Below the pieces are notes generated by a model. It saw only the letters and a list, made by a program, of their open reading frames with translations, was not told the DNA's origin and did no database searches. Of a stretch of DNA of 64,000 nt, positions 39,694 through 51,051 are shown piece after piece. The translations under genes and the position numbers were made by a program. The DNA comes from Octopus sinensis. Taxonomy: Eukaryota. How positions within the stretch are numbered: position 1 is the first letter of the stretch; each line of letters opens with the position of its first letter. Location of the stretch: the NCBI RefSeq assembly GCF_006345805.1, contig NC_043004.1:98518001-98582000 (forward strand), read 5' to 3'.

Positions 39694-40230
39694 CTGTGTA
39701 TAGATTTTTTGGGGTAAATGCTCAAGTTCTCATTGGATGTAAATTGAATGACGACACTTGTTTTTGTCCATGTATCGTCTAGTATTTTAACTGGCTGACT
39801 GCTGAAAGATCTTGCTTGCTTTACAAACGTTCTGGTCACATTTTGGTTTGACAGAACTCCAGTATTTTGGTTGGTTGATTTTCTGGTGACGTTATTTGTT
39901 TGTCGACCTTTTTTCATCACCTACTTTTTACCAGTAAATATCCAGTGCTCTGGTTAGTTGATTTTCTGATTACGTTGTTTGTTTTTGTCAAAGGCCTTGG
40001 TAACTTGATGTTTGTCTAGAACATAGATGGAGAAAGCAAGTGACGTCACTAAATTTTACAACCACTCAGAACTTGAAGCATTACTGTCTATCTCTGAATC
40101 TTATTGAATATTAGACTTTGTATGAGCATTTAATCTTTTAAACATGTTTTTCCTAATTTTCCCTTGTACCTTCCATCTCTGCTGAACCTTTTTTATTTAC
40201 CATTGAAAAACAAAGAGCAGTTGAAACCGG
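39694..40230 (-). pseudogene. Large low-complexity exon-like remnant
   Basis: Ends at CAG|gtaac; open frame KKGRQTNNVTRKSTNQ...YPKKSIH plus upstream coding-like stretches with several stops and an internal ~45-bp direct repeat. Confidence 0.3.
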
Positions 40231-42622
40231 TTCGGTATTTTAATAAAACTGCTACAAAATTTAAATACTACCACACGTTTTAAGACATGAGTGCATTTTC
40301 ATTTTCTTTATACCAACTCTCCTATATTCTTTCCTGCATGGGAATGCATTTCTTTTCTCTATGCCACTTTTCATGTATATATGTATATACCACTAGAAAT
40401 ATAACTCCATATTGAGCACTTTAAGTTAGTTTTTTCCCTATACGTCAGCTTCATGTTGTTGAGGAAAAAATGTTTTCTAGCACAATACTCCACTCTGAAT
40501 AATATTATACTCAACTCTCCACCACTACTTGTCACAACAGACTATGACAATGCACTAAATTATGTAATTCTCTAAACGACACATTTTATTGTAGAAGACT
40601 TACCTTAAGATGAGATCCTATACATTTCTTTTTAAATACTTTCTACTTATTCTTTCGTTTCGTAGACTTATATTACAGCAGCAAATTAGTCAAATTTATA
40701 TGAATATTTCTTGATCACTTTTGGTGAAAAGTACTCACCTAATTACGATTTAACCCATGAGTTTACATGTGAGTGTGTGAGTATGCATGTGTATGTATAT
40801 GCATGTGAGTATATATGCATACACACAAAGAGAGGAAGGGAGATAGGTGTATATATATATACACACATACACTCAGAGACACAAATGTATATTTCCTTTA
40901 TATCATGTCTCACAAATTTTTCTGCTTCTTTCTCTTTTCCATCTCTCTTTCTCTCTCTTTCTCGTTTCCCTCTATATATTTTGCTGTCTATCTATCTCAG
41001 CCACTCTCTTTATATGCATAGCTCCCTCTCTCACCCTCTCTCTTTGTTTCTCTGTATGTGTGTGTGTGTGTATTTGTGTGTATCTGTGTATATACGTATG
41101 TATATATATGTATATAATATAATACATGTGTATGTGTGTGTGCATATATATATATGTGTATGTGTGTATATATATATACATATATACATATATATGCACA
41201 TGCATCCACCCAACTATTCGCACACATACCCACACATACATATACTGAGGTACACATTCATAGAGACAGACACACACACAAACAGCAATAAAATATTCTC
41301 AGACAACATTTATGTTTTTCTTATTGTTTCACTTTTGATCTTATTGCTTCTGTGATTGCTTGTTTGTTGTCTTGGTTTGATATTTTCATATTTGACAGTA
41401 ATTTTCTTGCTTTCATTTTCTACCTTCTACTCCTTTTTTTTTCTATTTATTTTCTTTCTTTTCTTGCTGTTCTTTACTGTCGTTATTTCTTTCATTACTT
41501 TTTCAGATTTTCTATGAATTTTACTTGGCTGCATTCATATCTTTCTGATTCTTCTTATTGATGCATTATTACAACAACTAAAAGAACAAGAACAACAACA
41601 ACTACAACAACAACAACAGTGAACCGACAGCAGAACAACAAAAACGACAACGTCGAGACAACGGAATAAGAGCAAAAATAACAATAGTGTGACTAGACAA
41701 CAGAAGGCAAAAGAAGACGAGGTAAGGCAAGGCAAATATATATAACTTTAGCATGATTATGGCACTGAGAAAATGCCATTGATTTCTAGCTGTGCTTTAG
41801 ATAATGCTAAAAGAACTTTATCCTTTTAAAACCCATTAAAACAACAACTATAAGAACAACAATCACAACAACAATAGCAACAAGAACAAGAACAACAACA
41901 AAGAGAACAAACAGGTAATAATGGAAACAAGAACAGCAGAAAAATAAACGACAACAACTAACGTGTACAAAAAAAATAAAAAAAGATAGAACATAACTAC
42001 AAAAAGCAGTAACAAGAACAACAATGATTGCAACAAGGAATTGAGATAAATTTTGAGTTAGGTAGTTCTGCTTGACTAATCAAATTTCATTAAGGAAATG
42101 GATTTGGGTGTAGATGGGTGTGCTGGTATAGTGTATGTATGTTTGTGAGGGATTGGCACGGTTCATTGAAATGAGGGATTGGATAGTGATTATGATGATG
42201 ATGATGGTGGTGGTGGTGGTGATGCTGGTGGTGGTGGTGGTGGTGTTTTGGGTGATGGCAAGCAAATCACTTTCAAGTAACTTTGTGTTACTAATTCTGT
42301 ACACATCTTCTTTTGTAGTTTCTTTTGTCACAAGTTTCTGATTTTGTTGAGCTTATTTCGATGTTGTGTAGCCCAAGTCAGCCATGATAAACAACAAAAG
42401 AAATAAAAAACCTTTAGTACATATACAGTTAGCTGAATGACTTTGATCAATACACAAATCAATATCTATTGTTCCAGATAGGCTAGTGATTAATTGTACG
42501 GGATGCAGTGTGATAGTGTGGGCATGTTGTATATATACCCTTCATTGTTTAATCTGTTTCTGTATATATTACAATGGTGTATGTGAAAGAGAACTTGGCC
42601 AGGGCTTGATATTTCCTGTTAC

Positions 42623-43262
42623 CGTGTACTGCTGTTTATAATTCAACACACAAGTCCAGTGTTGCAAAGTGAGATACAAGGAATTTGTTGATTGCTACCA
42701 CAATATACCAACGTATGAAGCTCTGTGCAGTTGTCCAGTCTGCTTAAATTAGTAGTCAGTTTTATCCCAAACATGACTCTATACTCTTTACTTGTTTCAG
42801 TCATTTGACTGCGGCCATGCTGGAGCACCGCCTTTAGTCGAGCAAATCGACCCCGGGACTTATTCTTTTGTAAGCCCAGTACTTATTCTATCAGTCTCTT
42901 TTGCCGAACCGCTAAGTGACGGGGACATAAACACACCAGCATCGGTTGTCAAGCAATGCTAGGGGGACAAACACAGACACACAAACATATACACACACAC
43001 TTATATATATATATATACATATATACGACAGGCTTCTTTCAGTTTCCGTCTACCAAATCCACTCACAAGGCATTGGTCGGCCCGGGGCTATAGCAGAAGA
43101 CACTTGCCCAAGATGCCACGCAGTGGACTGAACCCGGAACCATGTGGCTGGTTAGCAAGCTACTTACCACACAGCCACTCCTGTAATCTTAAAATCTGAA
43201 TAAATAATCATCTGGGAACTTTCTGTAATTATTGCTATTTCTTTAACTATGTCACCTAAAGC
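42623..43262 (-). pseudogene. LRR-like exon remnant split by a SINE
   Basis: Strong acceptor (tttgtttctttcttcagtag) and ALGDIVKEIAIITESSQMIIYSDFKI at 43184-43262; after the SINE, LTTNLSRLDNCTELHTLVYCGSNQQI (LxxLxxCxxLxxL..N..I) ending at G|gtaac; one stop. Position does not fit the recalled LRRIQ1 domain order as well as the other segments. Confidence 0.3.
42778..43184 (-). mobile_element. SINE family A
   Basis: Full copy. Confidence 0.9.
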
Positions 43263-43396
43263 CTACTGAAGAAAGAAACAAAGGTTTTATCTAATCTCTC
43301 CAACAAGTGCCAAAATGTACTGAAACAATTTGGCCCAACCCATGCCAATATGATAAAGTTGGTGCAAAAATAATGATGGCTCTTGTGAAATACGTA

Positions 43397-43636
43397 CATT
43401 CGTGGCCAAAAGTTTAGAACATAGGTCTGAAAATTAAAATTTATGTATTAAATACCCAAAGTTATATTTAATATATAACTGACCATTGGATCGGTTATTA
43501 GGTAGTAATACCTCAAGCTGATCATTGGAGTAGTTATTAGGTAAGTATATCTCTATGTTGTATATATTTGAATTGAATTGCACTTGGGTATAATTTTAAT
43601 TTCTAAAAACATGTTCCAAACTTTTGGCTGCGATTG
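43397..43636. mobile_element. Tc1/mariner-type MITE
   Basis: 26-bp TIR (22/26 match) cattcgtggccaaaagtttagaacat; TA flanks. Confidence 0.8.
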
Positions 43637-44489
43637 TAATGTGTACAAAATGCTGGGTAGTGGTGGAGTGAGTCACTTGTGATATTTGACGTATACTATA
43701 TACTCTCTACAGTCAGTTGTGCAAGGTTGTATATTGCTGTGTAATATGTGTTATGGTTCAGAGGTGCACTTTCCAGGCAAATAATTTGATGTGAGATTGT
43801 ACAATTACTATGTAGAAATGACAAAGAACTGACACAACTGGTGATTTGCTGCACTTGAGAAGACACATCAAGCTAATTAAAATCAAGACCATACAGGTAT
43901 GTCCTTTGTGGCCATGCCCGCCCCCAACCACCACCACCACCACCACCACAACACATACAATTCATCTCTCATCAAACTTGCCCAACAACCCATCTTCCCA
44001 ACACCCTCTAATCCACCCATGTTCACCCCTCCACTCTCCCACATACACCTACCCACATACGTTCTCCATACTTTCACATATCTACCTTAGCCACCTTCCA
44101 CCATCCACTTCAATTTCTCACACCATCACTTGTTACAGTCTCCTCTTCCCCATCTCTAAACATCTTCCCTCATACTCATATGTAACCCCCCCCCCCGGCT
44201 ATTCCCTCTGTGCTTCTTATGAGTGTAATGGCCAGTTTGTTAGGGCGTAAACACACTACCATAAAACGATTCATTTCAGTTGAGCATTGGGGTAATCAAC
44301 TTAACCCTTCCCACGAATTGCTGGCCTTGTACCTTTTTTCTCTTTCCTTTTCCTATTCAGATAGACACATATCTCCTATATTGTAACAATCCTATCTCTA
44401 TTCCTCTATAATATTTTAACATCTCCACCAGCAGAGTCCTACTAAAAGCCAACTCCCCCAGTACCACTTCCTCTCCCAGTCTTGCAAGT

Positions 44490-44660
44490 ACTTGGCGACC
44501 CTGCTGGGGCTGGAGCCATATGAAAAGCACCTAATACACTCTGTAAAGTGGTTAACGTTAGGAAAGGCATCCAGCCGTAAAAATCGTACCAAAGCAGACG
44601 AGGGAGCCTGGTGCAGGCCATCCAACCTATGCCAGCATGGAAAACAGACTACTGCTGCTG
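44490..44660 (+). mobile_element. Same (GAT)n-tailed family (older)
   Basis: gttaggaaaggcatccagccgtaaaaa...ccaacctatgccagcatggaaa. Confidence 0.6.
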
Positions 44661-44708
44661 CTGCTGAGAATGATGATGATGATGATGACGATGATGACGA
44701 CGATGACA

Positions 44709-44785
<77 letters not shown>

Positions 44786-44800
44786 GGTGGTGATGATGTT
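44660..44800. repeat. (GAT)n/(GGT)n microsatellite
   Basis: Direct reading. Confidence 0.95.
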
Positions 44801-45046
44801 GAAACATTAGCCATTCAATTACGCACAAAGACTTAATTTCATTTAAGCATTTGTTTGGTGACAAATGTTCCATTGCACAAACTGTGACCTGGTCATGTTA
44901 TTTACTATGCATTACCATGAGTGTAATGGCCAGTTTGTTAGGGCGTAAAACACACTACCATAAAACGATTCATTTCAGTTGAGCATTGGGGTAATCAACT
45001 TAACCCTTCCCACGAATTGCTGGCCTTGTACCAAAATTTTAAACAA

Positions 45047-45185
45047 ATAGGTGTAGGTGTGGCTGCATAGTAAGAAACTTACTTCCTAACCATATGATTC
45101 TGGGTTCAGTCTCACTATGTGGTACCTTGGGTAAGTGCCTTCCACTGGGCTTTTGAGTGGATTCGGTTGACAGAAACTGAGGGGA
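45047..45185 (+). mobile_element. SINE family A, degenerate 5' part
   Basis: gtgtggctgcatagtaag...gggttcagtctc...ccttgggtaagtg. Confidence 0.7.
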
Positions 45186-45271
45186 GAGTTTACGAAAAAA
45201 ACAAAAGACGAAGACAGGTGGTGTACAAGACAAACAGATGTATTAGTATAACGCTCAGGAATAGAAAAAGT

Positions 45272-45307
45272 CTTTTACATTTCGAGCCTACGCTCTTCTA
45301 CAGAAAG
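45272..45307 (-). ncRNA. Hammerhead-like fold with variant core CUGUAGA
   Basis: CUUU CUGUAGA A GAGC guag GCUC GAAAU GUA AAAG; flank related to the 33797 module (ttcctgagcgt...aatac). Confidence 0.5.
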
Positions 45308-45384
45308 GGACACAGAAAAAACAAAGAGAGAAAAAAATGTGTGTAGTGGCTAACGATCTATAATGCCGACTATATATATATAAT

Positions 45385-45440
<56 letters not shown>

Positions 45441-45443
<3 letters not shown>

Positions 45444-45791
45444 GAGATGTAATGGCCCAGTGGTAAGGGCAGGGAACTCGCAGTCTTAGGATCACGGTTT
45501 CGATTCCCAGATCAGGTGTTGTGAGTGTTTATTGAGCGAAAACACCTAAAGCTCCACGAGGCTCCGGCAGGGGGTGGTAGTGAACCCTGCTGTACTCTTT
45601 CACCACAACTTTCTCTCACTCTTTCTTCCTGTTTCTGTTGTCACTCTGTGTCATGCCGAATCTCCCTAAGAACTACGTTAAGAGTACACGTGTCTGTGGA
45701 GTGCTCAGCCATCTGTACGTTAATTTCACAAGCAGGCTGTGCAGTTGATCAAATCAACTGGAACACTTGTCATCATAACCGACGGAGTGCC
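45441..45791 (+). mobile_element. SINE family C
   Basis: Same head, body and tail with internal deletion. Confidence 0.9.
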
Positions 45792-45813
45792 ATTATATAT
45801 ATATATATATACG

Positions 45814-46119
45814 TAAAATTATAATTAAGGGTTTCTAAAAGACACCATCATGCTAGATATAGCAGTCAAAACTTGACTCTAAAACCACATCAAATATTCA
45901 TACAGCACCAGGAGAGAAGACACTGATGAGACAAAGCATTTCTTATGCAAACCCAGAAATCCGGGATCTAGAATTATCCAAAAATTTTTTGCTAGTTTAT
46001 TTTGTCTCTTTGTTTTCTCTCCTGGTGCTGTATGAATATTTGATGTGGTTTTAGAGTCAAGTTTTGACTGCTGTCTCTATCATGGTGGTATCTTTTAGAT
46101 ACCCTTAATTATAATTTTA
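45814..46119. mobile_element. Fold-back element with ~120-bp inverted arms
   Basis: taaaattataattaaggg...cagcaccaggagagaa mirrored at 46010-46119. Confidence 0.75.
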
Positions 46120-46467
46120 ATGATAATTATTACCTATGAGGTTTTTATTTCCCATGCTAGCCACTTGATATGATCGGTATTTTAAATAACGATCTTATCC
46201 TTATTTATATAAATATCTATATATGTATATGTGTGTGTGCATGTGTGTGTGTGTGTGTGTGCATAGCCGCAGTCAGATGTCTGAAACAAGTAAAAGAATA
46301 AAAGAACAAAAGAATAGATAATTTATATATATATAATCCACCTGGGTGGGCACTAACCTTTCATTTCTACCCAAAGAAAACATCTCATCATTTAGCATAT
46401 ACTATATACAATACACTAACAGATATGTACCCATGCATTGCAGGTCATCTACTCAATACTATATCGT

Positions 46468-46862
46468 TCTTTTATTCTTTTATCTGTTTCAGTCATTTGA
46501 CTACAGCCATGCTGGAGTACTGCCTTTAGTCGAACAAATCGACTCCAGGACTTATTCTTTATAAGCCTAGTACTTATTCTATCAGTCTCATTTGCTGAAC
46601 CGCTGCGTTACTGGGACATAGACACACCACCATCAGTTGTCAAGTGATGGTGGGGAATAGACACAGACACACACACACGCACATACACACACGCACACAC
46701 ATATATATATATATATACATATATACGACGGGCTTCTTTCAGTCTCCATCTAACAAATCCACTCACAAGGCTTTGATAAGCCCAAGGCTATAGCAGAAGA
46801 CACTTGCCCAAGGATCCACGCAGTAGGACTGAACCCAGAACCATGTGGTTAGTAAACAACCC
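46468..46862 (-). mobile_element. SINE family A (older)
   Basis: Diverged reverse copy. Confidence 0.85.
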
Positions 46863-47156
46863 TGCAATTAGTACTGTCTAGTATTTATCATACACTATGA
46901 ACAGCGTACTCAATACCTTGTACTGCATAGTATCTAACTCGCACCAAGTATTATTCATTATGTGAAATGTGCTATATACTCTGCACTATGAAAAGTGTAG
47001 CATAGATTGTGTTCTACGCATATGTATAGTCTATATGCTATACACTATTTGTATATAGTTTGCTATGCATTAGTACTAATTAGAAAAACAAGAAACAGTA
47101 AAATTGAAGTTTTGAAAACTTAGACTGGTTAAAATGTGTGAGTTTATGTATGTATG

Positions 47157-47565
47157 TGTGCACCTTTTAACATGTGGCTTGTGTAAGTTGCATGCATATG
47201 TATGTATGTATGTATGTGAGTGTGCACCTTTTAACATGTGGCTTGTGTAAGTTGCATGCATATGTATGTATGTATGTATGTGAGTGTGCACCTTTTAACA
47301 TGTGGCTTGTGTAAGTTGCATGCATATGTATGTATGTATGTATGTGAGTGTGCACCTTTTAACATGTGGCTTGTGTAAGTTGCATGCATATGTATGTATG
47401 TATGTGAGTGTGCACCTTTTAACATGTGGCTTGTGTAAGTTGCATGCATATGTATGTATGTATGTGAGTGTGCAGCTTTTAGCATGTGGCCTGTGTAAGT
47501 TGCATGCATATGTATGTATGTATGTATGTGAGTGTGCAGCTTTTAGCATGTGGCCTGTGTTAGCT
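47157..47565. repeat. Minisatellite, 7 units of 60/64 bp
   Basis: gtgtgcaccttttaacatgtggcttgtgtaagttgcatgcata(tgta)n; unit spacings 64,64,64,60,60,64. Confidence 0.95.
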
Positions 47566-47779
47566 GCATGTGTACATATGTGTGTGCATGTGTGTACTTG
47601 TGTATGTGGGTATTATGTAAGTTATGTAAACTTCGGTTCTATTAAGAGAAGCCATAGAGTAACGTAATATATGAGACTGTCTGTAATTGCTATATTTTAT
47701 GGCTTTCATAATTTCCTAATTTTCGAATGTAGTTCTTCATTCACAATAGACTTTGTGTTCTGTAATGTCTTTTAGTCAC

Positions 47780-47832
47780 CTTTTCATGTCATATATCTTG
47801 AGGTAGTTCATACTTCTTTATTTCCTGCTGGT
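47780..47832 (-). pseudogene. 53-nt exon-like segment with in-frame stop
   Basis: ttgtag|...AAG|gtgact; QQEIKKYELPQDI*HEK. Confidence 0.25.
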
Positions 47833-48372
47833 CTACAATTATATAACTCTCTTAACCAAAGTTATTGGCATTATTTAGCTCCAGGTCGGCCCTGAGACTG
47901 AACAGAACTATCTATAATCACAGGCATTCTGACCATGACCCTCTCCTTTGTTCTTTTTTACATGGAGGATATAGGTCTACACTAACAAATGTTATCTTTG
48001 CTTAGTTTATTTTTTCAATGTGGCAAAATACAATTTGAAAGAGATTTGGTTAATATTTCTAGCAAGTCACTTGAGTGTATAGAGTCCTTCATAGAGATTT
48101 CTGGCTAATGAATTTTTTGATATTCCAGCTATGATCCAACAAGTCTAAGCATGAGGTTTACCTGCTTGAACATCTCTAGTATTATTGAGATTTAATATAG
48201 CATGAAATACATCGCCTAAGGTGCCTTTTATTTTTCCATCGTAGATGATAAGGACTAAATAAATGACGTTGGTGATGGTACCATGTAAAAGAGCACTCAG
48301 TGCATTCTAGAAAATGGACGTTAAATGATGAAGCAGATGACTATGATATATCATCCTCATCATGTATATATA

Positions 48373-49645
48373 CAGGGGTTGGACAAAATAATGGAAACAC
48401 CTAGCATCATTGCATCATAATTTTGAAGTAGCTATAAAACTGTCGAAAGTTTGTTTATTGTTATGTTTTTTTTTATTTATTATTAGTGTTGCTTAATATG
48501 TTTTGCTAAAATTGCTGTTTCTTTTCAGATATCATCAGAAAAATGTAATTAAAATTGATTAAAAGGAAAGAGCTATCTGACTTTCAAAGAGGTCAAAATG
48601 TTGGTGCTCCTATGGTAGGTGCTAGCATAACAAAAACAGCCGAAATGTTTGGTGTAACAAGAAGTACTGTCTCGAAAATAATGACAGCCTTTGAGAAAGA
48701 GGGAAAAAGCTCCTCATCAAAAGAAAACTCTGGTAGAAAACCAAAACTTTCAAATAGGGACTGTCGAATTCTTACATGAATTATTAGAAAAGATCACAAA
48801 AGTACAGCTCCCAAAATTACTGCCGAGCTTAATGACCACTTCGGGAACCCAGTTTCTCAAAAACTGTTTACCGGGAGCTGCACAAAGCCAGATTTCACGG
48901 GAGGGCTGCAATCAGAAAATAACAACATTCAAAAATAAATGTTGCAAAGCATTTAGAGTAGAGTAAAAATCTACAGAATTGGTTCCTAGAGCAGTAGAAG
49001 AATGTTATTTTCTTAGACAAATTATCTTTTACCTTAATTCCAACCACTGGTTGAGTATACGTGTGGAGACAACCAAAAGAAGCATTTGACTCAGCCTGCC
49101 TTATTCCAACTGTTAAACATGGAGGAGGATCTGTGATGATCTGGTGGGGCTATATCTTGGAAATCTCTCAGCCCAATGGTTTCCTTTCATGGCAGAATTA
49201 ATAGTCAAGACTATTTAAGCATTTTATCTGATCAAATTCATCCTATGGTTGTGGAACTGTTTCTGGAGGGAAACACAATCTTGCAGGATGATAATGCACC
49301 AATTCACATAGCTAAAGTTGTTACTGAATGGTACAAGGAACATTCTAGTGAAGTTGAACATCTTATCTGGCCACCACAGTCCCCAGATCTCAATACTAAA
49401 GAATATTTATGGTGCATTTTAGAAAAACAAGTAAGGAGCCAATATCCCCCACCATCATCACTACAAGAACTGGAGACTGTTTTAATTGAAGAATGGAAAA
49501 AGTTCCTTTGGAAGCAATTCAAACTTTGTACGAGTTCATACCTCATAGAATTCAAGCTGTAATTACTGCCAAAAGTGGTCCTACCCCATATTAAGATAAA
49601 TTTGTTAGAAATGTTAAGGTATTTCCATTATTTTTGTCCAACCCC

Positions 49646-49647
<2 letters not shown>
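48373..49647 (+). mobile_element. Tc1-type transposon, DD36E spacing, inactivated transposase
   Basis: ~30-bp TIR CAGGGGTTGGACAAAATAATGGAAACACCT, TA flanks; transposase ~48555-49590 (ELSDFQRGQ, GRKPKL, QDDNAPIH, WPPQSPDLNTKE) with stops and frameshifts. Confidence 0.95.
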
Positions 49648-49685
<38 letters not shown>

Positions 49686-49995
49686 TAATAATGATAAAAA
49701 GTCAGAGTGCAATAAATACCTGTTTGCTTGAAAGAGGAGTTAAAACCCTCCAAAACCATGTATTTCTCACTATATGTAAGCACGCATGGAGACTAACTTT
49801 TTATTATTATGTATTTTGCTTATTTCAATAATGTTTGTTGGCTACTTTATCATTATTTTTATTGATAATGATAACTTATTTGAATTTTGAAATTTATTCT
49901 TGCTCACTAACGTTTGTTGAAAGTTGTGGAGGCCTTTAGTTGAACAATGCACATGGAGAGGTAAATATGTTTTTTGAAATAGTTTATGAAGTATG

Positions 49996-50055
49996 TCTGG
50001 CTGATGAGTTTTCAGTGTAGGTTCAACACAGAAAGTGAAATCAATTGATGCCAGA
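49996..50055 (+). ncRNA. Hammerhead fold with non-cleavable G at position 17
   Basis: UCUGG CUGAUGA [11-bp stem II, 1 mismatch, 2 GU] GAA AUC aauu GAU G CCAGA. Confidence 0.55.
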
Positions 50056-50074
50056 ATATCTACGATCTTATTTG

Positions 50075-50490
50075 TATTGCGTGAGAAGACCCGGCAAGCC
50101 AAGTGTGTACATAACCTGTGGCCTATGCCAGGGATGTAACCAGCTCACTTATGTTTACCTTTCCTTCATTGGACACTATACTCTGCTTGTAAAGACCTGC
50201 TGAGGCAAGCGAAATCAAAATCAAATCAAATTCACAAATTCGATGACTGGCACCTATGCCAGTGGAGCACTAAGAGCACCATCCGAATGTGATCACTGCC
50301 AGAGCAGCTGACTGGCTTCTATGCTGGTGGCACATAAAAAGCACCATTCAAACATGATTGTTACCAGCATCACCTTACTGGCAGTTGTGCCAGTGGCATG
50401 TGAAAAACATTCGAGTGAGGTCATTGCTAGTGCCACTGGACTGGCTCCTGTGCAAGTGGCACGTAAAAAACACCACATGAGCGTGGTCTA
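50075..50490 (+). mobile_element. Same family, internal 3' UTR fragment
   Basis: Reverse complement of 24220-24570. Confidence 0.65.
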
Positions 50491-50701
50491 CTTAAAAGCT
50501 AGTGTATATACTGTCACCACTTTATAAGAAGGCAAAATATTAATATTGATGCAAAATTCAGAATAGCTGCATTCTTCAAAGGAAGTCCTTTGCAATATTC
50601 TTTCTGCACCAAGTAACAAATACTCCTTTGTCACTCACACCCTCAGAAATCCAGTAAACAAGATGCTCGTCTATACAAACTTCTAACCAACTACACAACT
50701 G

Positions 50702-50848
50702 CAGTTCTATATTTAAGAGATGGGGAGTTACGTACATTATTTACATTAACCACTATGCCATATGCCCGTGGGGCATATGGCATAGTGGTTAAGAGCATGT
50801 GCTACTAACCCCAGGATTCCGAGTTTGATTACAAGCAGTGACCTGAAC

Positions 50849-50903
<55 letters not shown>

Positions 50904-51051
50904 TCGAAAAATACATTAGGAATGAGAACACATGTTTAAAATTTCCCTAAGACACCTGAAGAAGGCTGGAGAGTATATCAACCGAAATGTTGTGTTAACA
51001 ACAAACAGGATGAGGACAAATATCTGTTGAATGTAAATAATGTAGATAATG
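50702..51051 (+). mobile_element. Composite tRNA-head/(AAT)n/hammerhead element with 13-bp TSD
   Basis: AACTACACAACTG at 50689-50701 and 51052-51064; A box tggcatagtgg and degenerate B box gagtttgatt; hammerhead fold at 50951-50996. Confidence 0.8.
50951..50996 (+). ncRNA. Minimal type I hammerhead ribozyme motif (degenerate)
   Basis: GACAC CUGAAGA A GGCUG..CAACC GAAAU GUU GUGUU; stem I GACAC/GUGUU; C15.2>U and one stem II mismatch. Confidence 0.65.

Larger units (their letters stand above)
44219..45032 (+). repeat. Near-identical ~115-bp direct repeat pair (44219-44333, 44917-45032)
   Basis: Identical apart from one A in gcgtaaa(a)cac. Confidence 0.9.

Noticed and set aside
43253-43262. 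10-nt micro-exon reading (cag|TAGGCTTTAG|gtgaca; coordinates approximate)
   Set aside because: Weak donor; the longer open frame after the NAGNAG acceptor explains the site equally well.
47157-47565. CRISPR-like regular array
   Set aside because: No unique spacers; eukaryotic minisatellite with no cas genes.
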